A stretch of DNA of 64,000 nt from a virus. Position 1 is the first letter of the stretch. The number at the start of each line of letters is the position of its first letter. This document shows positions 9,807-17,485 of this stretch, piece after piece. The position numbers and the translations under genes are program-made. Under the pieces are notes generated by a model. That model was not told where the DNA came from and did no database searches. It worked only from the letters and a program-made list of their open reading frames with translations. Location of the stretch: IMG/VR virus record IMGVR_UViG_3300034691_000040, positions 32,001 through 96,000 of that record, one strand, 5' to 3'.

Positions 9807-10442
9807 ATGAACATCATTGAACAACTTGCGTTTCAAGACACCGGTGGCGAGTCATTTGAAGCCGCTAAGGTGGAGTATGAAATTGAGATCTACCTTGAAG
9901 GTTTTGATATCGAGGAGGTGAAGGCTAAGGCTTCGTCTTACGAGGTTCAAGAGCAATGGGGTATCTACGTTCCAAAGACTGAGCAAAACGCCTCAGGCGG
10001 CTCTATGCGAGTCCGTAGGACCGATACCACAGAGGTCGGGAGTGTGTTTGTTCACACCACCAAGCTTGAACGTAAAGGTGCCGGTAAACCTGAGCATGAA
10101 GTAGCGGCTCATGAAGACCTGTTTGACATGTACAAGTTGATGGCCGATCAGGGTTTGATCAAGACACGTTACAACGTTCCTGCTGAATTGGCTAATGGGA
10201 CTAAATACGTTCTTGAAGTCGACGTGTTCTACAACAAGTTAGGTGAGTTGGTTCCGTGGTGTAAGATCGACGCTGAGTTTCCAGAAGGCGCTGATGTTAA
10301 GCTGACCAAGGAAGATATTCCTTTCAGTTACACGGACATCATCATCTGCACCCCTGAACAGAAGGGCGAAGATAAGGCACTGGCTAAACGCATCGGTGCT
10401 CTGTATGAAAAGTATTTCCGTACACCCAATATCGCGGTTTGA
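9807..10442 (+). CDS. CYTH / triphosphate tunnel metalloenzyme domain protein
   Basis: GAGG RBS then ATG at 9807. Ordered CYTH motifs: EIEIY (ExExK-like), MRVRR, TTK, EHEV, KTRY, EVDVF, DAEF. Confidence 0.75.
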   Translation: MNIIEQLAFQDTGGESFEAAKVEYEIEIYLEGFDIEEVKAKASSYEVQEQWGIYVPKTEQNASGGSMRVRRTDTTEVGSVFVHTTKLERKGAGKPEHEVAAHEDLFDMYKLMADQGLIKTRYNVPAELANGTKYVLEVDVFYNKLGELVPWCKIDAEFPEGADVKLTKEDIPFSYTDIIICTPEQKGEDKALAKRIGALYEKYFRTPNIAV

Positions 10443-10452
10443 ATGAAGACAG

Positions 10453-10484
10453 CATATAGCCCGGCCAAACGGCCGGGCTATATG
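10453..10484. terminator. Bidirectional hairpin-TATG family member
   Basis: CATATAGCCCGGCC-AAAC-GGCCGGGCTATATG between convergent genes. Confidence 0.8.
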
Positions 10485-10501
10485 ACGTTACCCAACGGAT
10501 A

Positions 10502-10939
10502 TCAGTTACCGGACAGCAACGATGCCAAGACTTTAAACATCTCAACAATGTCGGCAGCTGCCGCTCCACGCAAAGCCATCATGATCGTGACACCAGCCGC
10601 AACGAACCCCAACCCACCCAGCATAACCTGATGGAAGGCTGTTGCATTCATTGGCCCCAAAGATGGGACCGGTAACGGTAGTGGCACAGGCACAGGTGAG
10701 GGCATTGGGGCATTGGCCGGGAACGGAACACTATCAAGGCTTGCGCCGTAGATCATGTCCTTTGTACCCGCATCCAACGACTCAATTGCTAAACGTATCT
10801 CGGCAGCTTGCGCTGTATTTGGATCTAACTGACTGGCCTGTCCAATGAATCCATTCACCAGGCCTACTAAGGTCCCTTCCCATGGGAATCCTACCGCCGG
10901 GTTCTTTTCCATCAACGTAAGTGCATCTTTAACGATCAT
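10502..10939 (-). CDS. Membrane protein with Pro-rich linker and C-terminal hydrophobic helices
   Basis: 145 aa. PVPVPLPLPVP linker followed by VMLGGLGFVAAGVTIMMAL. Confidence 0.6.
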   Translation of the reverse strand: MIVKDALTLMEKNPAVGFPWEGTLVGLVNGFIGQASQLDPNTAQAAEIRLAIESLDAGTKDMIYGASLDSVPFPANAPMPSPVPVPLPLPVPSLGPMNATAFHQVMLGGLGFVAAGVTIMMALRGAAAADIVEMFKVLASLLSGN

Positions 10940-10963
10940 GGGAACCCCCGGTTATCAATCTGT

Positions 10964-11608
10964 CTAGTTCATTCCTCTCGCAGGCAATGTTAGGGCAAAC
11001 TGTTCAGCTTTGCCACTTCTCAACCAAAATGCATTCAAGCTAACTCGTGTCCCAACGGCGTGCGCTACGGCAATCGCATCGACCGCGTGTTCGTCAAACC
11101 TTTCTATCGACAATCCATTGTCAAACACAATGCTTTTGTTAATACCAATCATTTCACGAATGTGTTCTTTACTATTGCCGTACTGACCAACAGGACACAC
11201 TGCTTTTTTTGCACTGCCTGGAGCAACCTTTTCAAATTCCAAAGTCGTACAATAGTTGAAAGCTGTTTCTGCCAATCCATTCATTGCCGTTGTAAGCGCA
11301 GCAAACGATTGAGCGTGAAGATGTTGAAACGGCGATTCGCAACCAATTACATCAGGGTCAAATTCAGTAAGCACCTCCCAGAAGAACGTTGAAATGACAT
11401 CCAGTCTGGCGTGCATCTTTCCACGGGCATCTAACCTACCTTCGTGTCGGGTGTACGCCGTCTTACTGGCCGTGAGTGTTTCAGCATGAACAACTTTGGA
11501 AATACCCGTGATGAGGTGATGATCGATGACGGCTACCCCGACAGTATCGGTACCGTTGTCGACACCCAATACGCGGTAAATGAACTTGTCGTCTGTAAGC
11601 TCGATCAT
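10964..11608 (-). CDS. ruvC: RuvC-family Holliday junction resolvase
   Basis: RuvC catalytic pattern: VLGVDNGTDTVGVA (D), CESPF (E), KK near helix, DEHAVDAIAVA (DxxD). Confidence 0.87.
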   Translation of the reverse strand: MIELTDDKFIYRVLGVDNGTDTVGVAVIDHHLITGISKVVHAETLTASKTAYTRHEGRLDARGKMHARLDVISTFFWEVLTEFDPDVIGCESPFQHLHAQSFAALTTAMNGLAETAFNYCTTLEFEKVAPGSAKKAVCPVGQYGNSKEHIREMIGINKSIVFDNGLSIERFDEHAVDAIAVAHAVGTRVSLNAFWLRSGKAEQFALTLPARGMN

Positions 11609-11615
11609 AACACAC

Positions 11616-11639
11616 CTACGTCCTTTTTCAAGGACGTAG
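11616..11639 (-). promoter_or_regulatory. GAAA-tetraloop hairpin overlapping the ruvC ribosome-binding site
   Basis: Minus strand CTACGTCCTT-GAAA-AAGGACGTAG-GTGTGTT-ATG. Confidence 0.55.
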
Positions 11640-11657
11640 CTCCTTAACTAACTGAGA

Positions 11658-12533
11658 CTAGGGAATAACCTTCAGCGTTGGGATTGACGCAGTGCCCAGC
11701 AGTGGAACTTGGTTACCGATATCGAATCGGATGTTCAAGGTCTGGTCATTCATGTACACCGCTTTGTAGTCAGCGGCGAAGCAGTAAACCTGAGTGGCGA
11801 TCGACTCAAGGAAGTTGACCTGGCCTTGTGTCGAAGTAACCTGGATGGTGCGGTCAGCGCCGGTGCACAGAGAGAACTCGGAGATGATCGCATAACGTTC
11901 ATCGCCGCCGTTCATGATCTTAGCCACGTTGACGTACTCGGCGACATCGTTCTCGCTCAGAGGTACTTCAAAGATAGCTTTGATCGCAATCTTCACATCA
12001 GAGGCAGTAACCGCACCGGCGACTGGTAGCGTGATGGGGTCTGGATACAGGTTTGAGGTGTCCGGTACGAATGGTTCTTCTACGGTCTGTCCGTCTTCGG
12101 TGGTCATCTTCACCATTTCGACGTTGACTTCTTCCGGGTTGATTTCGATCCGCAGACCGTAATACGCGAAATATTCAACGCCGCCGATATTGATCTGCAG
12201 ACGCAGCGCATACCGTGCACGTTGTTCCAGCGTCAGGTCATTGTCGATGGTGCGCAGACAGAAAGGCACTGGGCCAAACAATGATCCGTCGGTAGCCATG
12301 TGGTTCTGCGGACTGGTCAGGGCGATGCCGTTGTTACCAGTGACGCCGACATGACCTTTGTTACCGGCCATCAGGATACCCAACTTGACCCGCTCTGTAA
12401 GCGTGGGCACTGCCGAAGGTTCGATGTTCAACCGTTCGTTCATAGTCGAGTGATTATCAATAACCGGCGTTTTACCGATCAGCATGTGGATGAGCAACTT
12501 TGCGCCGTAGGCTGTGGCTTGTACCGTATTCAT
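11658..12533 (-). CDS. Virion structural (baseplate-region) protein
   Basis: 291 aa, last structural gene of a tightly packed minus-strand operon. GNKGH and VPFCLR...YFAYY segments resemble phiKZ-family structural proteins. Confidence 0.6.
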   Translation of the reverse strand: MNTVQATAYGAKLLIHMLIGKTPVIDNHSTMNERLNIEPSAVPTLTERVKLGILMAGNKGHVGVTGNNGIALTSPQNHMATDGSLFGPVPFCLRTIDNDLTLEQRARYALRLQINIGGVEYFAYYGLRIEINPEEVNVEMVKMTTEDGQTVEEPFVPDTSNLYPDPITLPVAGAVTASDVKIAIKAIFEVPLSENDVAEYVNVAKIMNGGDERYAIISEFSLCTGADRTIQVTSTQGQVNFLESIATQVYCFAADYKAVYMNDQTLNIRFDIGNQVPLLGTASIPTLKVIP

Positions 12534-12542
12534 GAAAAATCC

Positions 12543-13583
12543 TTAACTGTTAAAGAGTGGTAATACAGAGGCCTGGTTGTACGGATTATTACCAGGGGTG
12601 TCGCTGCTGCTGTACTGATACCCGATCTTGATGATACCGGTCAGGTTCGTGCACAGCGCCCCAAGCTCAATCGCCACAACAAAGTTATACCCGGCGTTTT
12701 CAAGAGTTTGATCCTTAGAGACAAACCCATTGTAAATTACCTTAGCGCCGAACAGGTTGAACTCGGATGGGGTTTGTGTAGCGACCCACTTATCCTTGGT
12801 CAATGTCGCCAGCAACGTCGGTAACTGCCAAGCCACATCCAGCAGATTATCGACCTTCATTCCATAAAGCATGGCCTCAACAGCACGACGCTGATAGTGC
12901 TGTGGAAACACTTCACGGGTAACATACAACTCACCTTTCGGGATCAGAAGATCGACCTGAGGTACGTTCATGTTTCCATCCGCGTAGTAGGTCCGAAGGT
13001 CCAACAGCGAATCAATCGAAATACCCAACGATTCTACAGCCCGCCGAGTATAGATCTGCAGCTCACCGAAAAAGATCAGGTGGGTCTGTTTAAACCGCAG
13101 CGTGTAGTTACGGTTTTCCAGATACGCGGGTACGGGTTCTTGCGGAACGGGTTCGCCGTTACTGCTTTCTGCTTCAAACCCATTGACCGTTACATTCCTT
13201 GTAGCGTCAGGAAGTGACCGCGTGATCAGTTCCAGCTGTGCAAACTCGGGTTCAATTAAGATCCCATACTGCTGGTAGATGGCATTGTAGATATCGATGT
13301 CGGTATAGCCACCCACGTAAATGACCACCGGTTGTCCTTTAAGGAACACCGAGGGTTCTACGCGGTAATACGCCATGATCTGTTTTTCATCACCCCAGCC
13401 GTTCAGGGGTGAAAAGCCAACCATTATTTCAGTCAGGCCATGTTCATTCATGGTGCTAGGTGCGCCAAACTCTAACTGGTCTGGATGCAGATCACGGTTA
13501 TTGTGGTCATTGATGTAATCGACCAGCAAGTCTTTACTTTTCTTACCGTAGCGCCCCAATCGAGCATCTGGCCGATGTGACAT
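12543..13583 (-). CDS. Virion structural protein, baseplate/tail repeat-domain family
   Basis: 346 aa. Shares a Y-x-R...(W/F/Y)-x-G domain with the two adjacent upstream genes; 1-nt overlap with its neighbour. Confidence 0.6.
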   Translation of the reverse strand: MSHRPDARLGRYGKKSKDLLVDYINDHNNRDLHPDQLEFGAPSTMNEHGLTEIMVGFSPLNGWGDEKQIMAYYRVEPSVFLKGQPVVIYVGGYTDIDIYNAIYQQYGILIEPEFAQLELITRSLPDATRNVTVNGFEAESSNGEPVPQEPVPAYLENRNYTLRFKQTHLIFFGELQIYTRRAVESLGISIDSLLDLRTYYADGNMNVPQVDLLIPKGELYVTREVFPQHYQRRAVEAMLYGMKVDNLLDVAWQLPTLLATLTKDKWVATQTPSEFNLFGAKVIYNGFVSKDQTLENAGYNFVVAIELGALCTNLTGIIKIGYQYSSSDTPGNNPYNQASVLPLFNS

Positions 13584-14194
13584 TACATAACCCTCGGTGT
13601 GTTCACAGGTGGTGCGTACACCAGACCGTCCATTACGGGGTCCGGTATCGCTGCAGCAAGCGCAATGTCCGGACCAAAATTAGGCGCCCACAGACCATCC
13701 AGAATGTTGTTCGAAAAGACCTCGGAAAGCTCTAAAGTCTCAGTAGGTTCATCAAGCACTACTGTCGTGCTACCCACCCACCTCAGTGAGTTGACTGAAG
13801 CTTTAAGTTCAAAGCTTGAGCCTTCTACTAATGCGTTTTCAAAGTCATCGTCGGTAATGACCAATCCTGAGGCCAGTGCGAGGTTATTCATCACGCCCCG
13901 CACTGTAACCGGAGGTGACACCTCTAACGCCAGCCCTGCAAAATAATCACTCACATTCAGACGATTGTAACGATAACGAAAAGACCCAGTGTAGCGAGTC
14001 TCAATGTATTCGTCGACTGACTCATGCGCCGTGAAAGTAACCTCAGTGAGCGTCCCCCCAATTGCGGTAGGGGCACTCACTGAGATACCCTGGGGCATCA
14101 TCCGCAAATTGAGATGGTTGTTGGCTAAGATCAGCAGTGCCACGGTTGGATCATGTTTCAATAACCGTAGCGTATCAGACATGGTGTTATCCAA
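13583..14194 (-). CDS. Virion structural protein, baseplate/tail repeat-domain family
   Basis: 203 aa. YNRLNV...SLRWVGS domain, paralogous to its neighbours. Confidence 0.6.
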   Translation of the reverse strand: MDNTMSDTLRLLKHDPTVALLILANNHLNLRMMPQGISVSAPTAIGGTLTEVTFTAHESVDEYIETRYTGSFRYRYNRLNVSDYFAGLALEVSPPVTVRGVMNNLALASGLVITDDDFENALVEGSSFELKASVNSLRWVGSTTVVLDEPTETLELSEVFSNNILDGLWAPNFGPDIALAAAIPDPVMDGLVYAPPVNTPRVM

Positions 14195-14202
14195 TTAAAG
14201 AC

Positions 14203-15156
14203 TTAGACGGTTCTGTTGTACTCAATAAAAATCGAGCCAACATAGGCTAACGAGGCTTTGTTAAAGTTCACGACTGCTTTTTTACGACTGCCCACGGTTT
14301 GTGTAGGCAACGCCTCATCAGCGATGTCATCTGCCGTGATGGTACATTTCATTGCCTCAGAAAGCTGAATTGCCAAAGCTTTAGTGGTTAACCGCTGAGG
14401 ACCTGAGAGCTTTATTGATTTGTTAAACGACCTCGGAAAACTACGCCGCTGGTAAACCAACGTGAGTGATCCCACGTAAGGAAACCCATTAAACGTCAGG
14501 GTGACTCGTGTGTTATCGCCATCATGATCGGCACCGATCTGCTCAGGTAGCTCGTAGGTCACCATCGTTGGGGAGATGACGGTTGGCAAGCCGGTGTTGG
14601 TCATGTTCAGCGCAAACACCAAACTACCAATAACGGACGATGACATAAACCCAGCGTTGAATGGAATGGTCAGGACAGTGTTACGCACGAGGCCGGTAAT
14701 CTCAATGGCTTGCGCACCGATCACCATGTCAACTGAACCAACCCACCGATAGGATTCATCAGCCGCCAATACTTCGGCAACCCCTAAGGCAGTCCATGTC
14801 GCTTCTGTTACATCGCCATTAACCACAGGGATCTGAGCAGGCAGCAGCAAAGCTCTGAGGAGATCGGACGAATCCGTAGGAAGCTGGGACTGTAGGCGCA
14901 GGTCCATCCCCGCCACGAATCCAGCCAGATCAATCCGGTCATACTCGAAGATAAACCCTCCAGCACGATCCCACAACTCAACGGGTGCAAGCTTCTTATC
15001 CAAAGTCGCAAACACTTGCGTCCTCAGACCACCCAATGAGATCGGCTTATCTATCTTTAAATAGCTTGCTCGAAGCGGTGCACGAACCTGCTCTTGTATC
15101 TGAGCACGCACCGCTTCGAGCGGATGCATCTTTAATAACGTTTCTGGTGCGATCAT
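14203..15156 (-). CDS. Virion structural protein with two copies of the repeat domain
   Basis: 317 aa. YDRIDL...SYRWVGS and YQRRSF...SLAYVGS. Confidence 0.6.
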   Translation of the reverse strand: MIAPETLLKMHPLEAVRAQIQEQVRAPLRASYLKIDKPISLGGLRTQVFATLDKKLAPVELWDRAGGFIFEYDRIDLAGFVAGMDLRLQSQLPTDSSDLLRALLLPAQIPVVNGDVTEATWTALGVAEVLAADESYRWVGSVDMVIGAQAIEITGLVRNTVLTIPFNAGFMSSSVIGSLVFALNMTNTGLPTVISPTMVTYELPEQIGADHDGDNTRVTLTFNGFPYVGSLTLVYQRRSFPRSFNKSIKLSGPQRLTTKALAIQLSEAMKCTITADDIADEALPTQTVGSRKKAVVNFNKASLAYVGSIFIEYNRTV

Positions 15157-15172
15157 CTCGCCTCCCTACTCT

Positions 15173-17452
15173 TTATAGGCCGAGAAGAATAAGCCTTCGG
15201 GCATTCGTTAATGCGCTGTATCCAGGCGAGGGTGCGGCAACGAACAATGCGTCGAGCGGTTTAGGCACCAGCGGACTGTATCCGTAGACGTCATTTACCT
15301 CAAGTGCATCGAGATCAACCATGGCGTCAGGGATTACCGAAATCAACGGCATCGGGTTTTCAAGAGGGTGGAGTGTATCTACCATCCCCAAGTACCTGAT
15401 GTTAACCGCTACTGGAACCTTTACAAACTGTTCTGAAGTAGTGGACCGAAGTTTCAGCATCGGCTGATGCAATGTGGCCTTTACATTCGTGACGCTTTTT
15501 TCCGTGATCTTAAGAATCGTAGGAAGCGGATTCTCAATCTCAAAGGTGGTGTCAGTAAAGATGTTTGGCAAAGACAGTTTAGGGAACTTGCCATCAACGA
15601 TCTTGATAGGACTGTCGTTAATCTGAGCAATGAACTGAACAGAATAGGACGACAATGCTTTCATGATCCGGATCATTGCAGCGTGAACATCCCGCATACG
15701 CAATGAAACACCCAGGTCGGCACCTGTAGCCGTTTGCAGAATCTGATTAGCGATCGCAGCGTACTCGACCTGACCCATGGCGCTGGTATCAATCCCCAAC
15801 TCCCCGAACCATTCTTCATACGTCTTGGTTTCACCCAAGTCAATACGAATGTCCATGTAGCAGCGATCAATCATGGCATGCAACGTACCTTCGGTTTTGT
15901 AATCACCTTGGTAATGCCGCATGTCACGAAGGTGTAGCATGGATTTGTGAATGGAGACACATGCTTCACGGAACGACTCAATGCTCACGAATGCATTGAT
16001 GGGAACCTGACTATCCAAAATGTGATTAATGAAGTAATCGGGCACTTGTCGCTTCGAACCCATCCCACGTAGTTCGGCAAACGTAGGCGCAGTGATCGTT
16101 GGATCGACCGGAAGTCTTACAACCCGATTCGCGCCAAGCACTGGCAGGTGTGGAAGCTTTTGGTTATTGGCTGCGTTGTATGCGTACAGATAGAAAATGA
16201 ACGCATTCTTCATCGAGAGCTTGTAGATGTCACCATTGGCCGGGTTTGTAACCGTGATCACCGATGCGTACAGATTAAAGTTCGCAAAGTAAATCCAATG
16301 GTTCAGCAGTACGTCTGTCAACGTAAACGGTTCAGCATCAGTACGGTCAACCACGTTCGATTCAAGAACCTTGGTTTTAAGACCCACCAACTTACTGTCA
16401 CGCACACGTTGATTGTACGTCAGCTCGACATCGTCACGCTCACGAGGGTTATCGCGGGCAACGCCCAACTCCATGTCAAGCATCTGACCCACAGTCTTGG
16501 TCGGATCGCCGGCTGCAGGCTCAATGCCATTAAGCGTAAAGCGATTAAGCACGACTGTTGGTTCAAGGTTGGTGACCAGATCCTTATAGTCATGATCGAC
16601 CCGATAGCCAGACAGGTTGTATCCCCGATCTGTCAAGATGTGATCAGTAACCAATGTCAAGATTTCTTCACGACCTAAGTTGCGGTTCAAGTACCTGATG
16701 TTACGGTACAGCCACAGCTTTTGCTTTAAGGTCATGTAGTCAAACTCTTTACCGACTTCGCTGAAGGATAAGAGATATTGACGGATGTGGTAGCTGTGGG
16801 CTTGGTCTGTCAGACACGCCGCTTTACGGATGTTGATAATCCAGTTAGCGATACGGGTCTGAAGCACCATGAACAAACCCGGATAGAAATAGGGTTCGAA
16901 CAGGGTGTAGTCAATGTTGTAATACCGAACGAAATAGCGAAGAATCCTGTTCTGAAGTTCCGGGATCAATTTCTGTTCTGTGGGCTCGACCAACGACTTA
17001 TCGTAAAATAAGATGGTATGGTCATCCGCTGCGTAGGCAGTGTCTATGTCGATTGGATTGACGATGCCTTTAATCAGGCTAACCTGATCCGGATACGCTT
17101 TGAGCAAGTCATTGTAGAACTTACTACCGTAGATGTACTGTCGCTTTGTCCCTCGGTGGATCTTAAGGTTCTCAACAGTAAAGTCGATAACCTCTTCGGT
17201 GTCCAACGAAATGATTTGCATGCGCGACTGAGTGCCGCCAGACAAAGCAAGAATTTGGTCGATGTCACGCTTGTGGTATTGACCCGACAAGTTCAGGTAA
17301 TACTTCCACGAACGAGGATCATCTGGATCGACAGCATATTCGAGTTGCACGAGCAGCTTATTTACAGCCGACACCTCGTACTCGCTTTTGATGATCAGCG
17401 TTGCCGCTAGACTCAAAATGCTTTTTATATAGAGCCGATAATAGGCGTTCAT
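15173..17452 (-). CDS. Baseplate wedge-like structural protein (phiKZ gp128-like)
   Basis: 759 aa, divergent from the portal gene with a ~30-nt spacer. WKYYLNLSGQYH and WLYRNIRYL...GR motifs typical of this family. Confidence 0.65.
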   Translation of the reverse strand: MNAYYRLYIKSILSLAATLIIKSEYEVSAVNKLLVQLEYAVDPDDPRSWKYYLNLSGQYHKRDIDQILALSGGTQSRMQIISLDTEEVIDFTVENLKIHRGTKRQYIYGSKFYNDLLKAYPDQVSLIKGIVNPIDIDTAYAADDHTILFYDKSLVEPTEQKLIPELQNRILRYFVRYYNIDYTLFEPYFYPGLFMVLQTRIANWIINIRKAACLTDQAHSYHIRQYLLSFSEVGKEFDYMTLKQKLWLYRNIRYLNRNLGREEILTLVTDHILTDRGYNLSGYRVDHDYKDLVTNLEPTVVLNRFTLNGIEPAAGDPTKTVGQMLDMELGVARDNPRERDDVELTYNQRVRDSKLVGLKTKVLESNVVDRTDAEPFTLTDVLLNHWIYFANFNLYASVITVTNPANGDIYKLSMKNAFIFYLYAYNAANNQKLPHLPVLGANRVVRLPVDPTITAPTFAELRGMGSKRQVPDYFINHILDSQVPINAFVSIESFREACVSIHKSMLHLRDMRHYQGDYKTEGTLHAMIDRCYMDIRIDLGETKTYEEWFGELGIDTSAMGQVEYAAIANQILQTATGADLGVSLRMRDVHAAMIRIMKALSSYSVQFIAQINDSPIKIVDGKFPKLSLPNIFTDTTFEIENPLPTILKITEKSVTNVKATLHQPMLKLRSTTSEQFVKVPVAVNIRYLGMVDTLHPLENPMPLISVIPDAMVDLDALEVNDVYGYSPLVPKPLDALFVAAPSPGYSALTNARRLILLGL

Positions 17453-17485
17453 GGTTTACTACCTGATCGTTTAGGAGAGCAGTTG

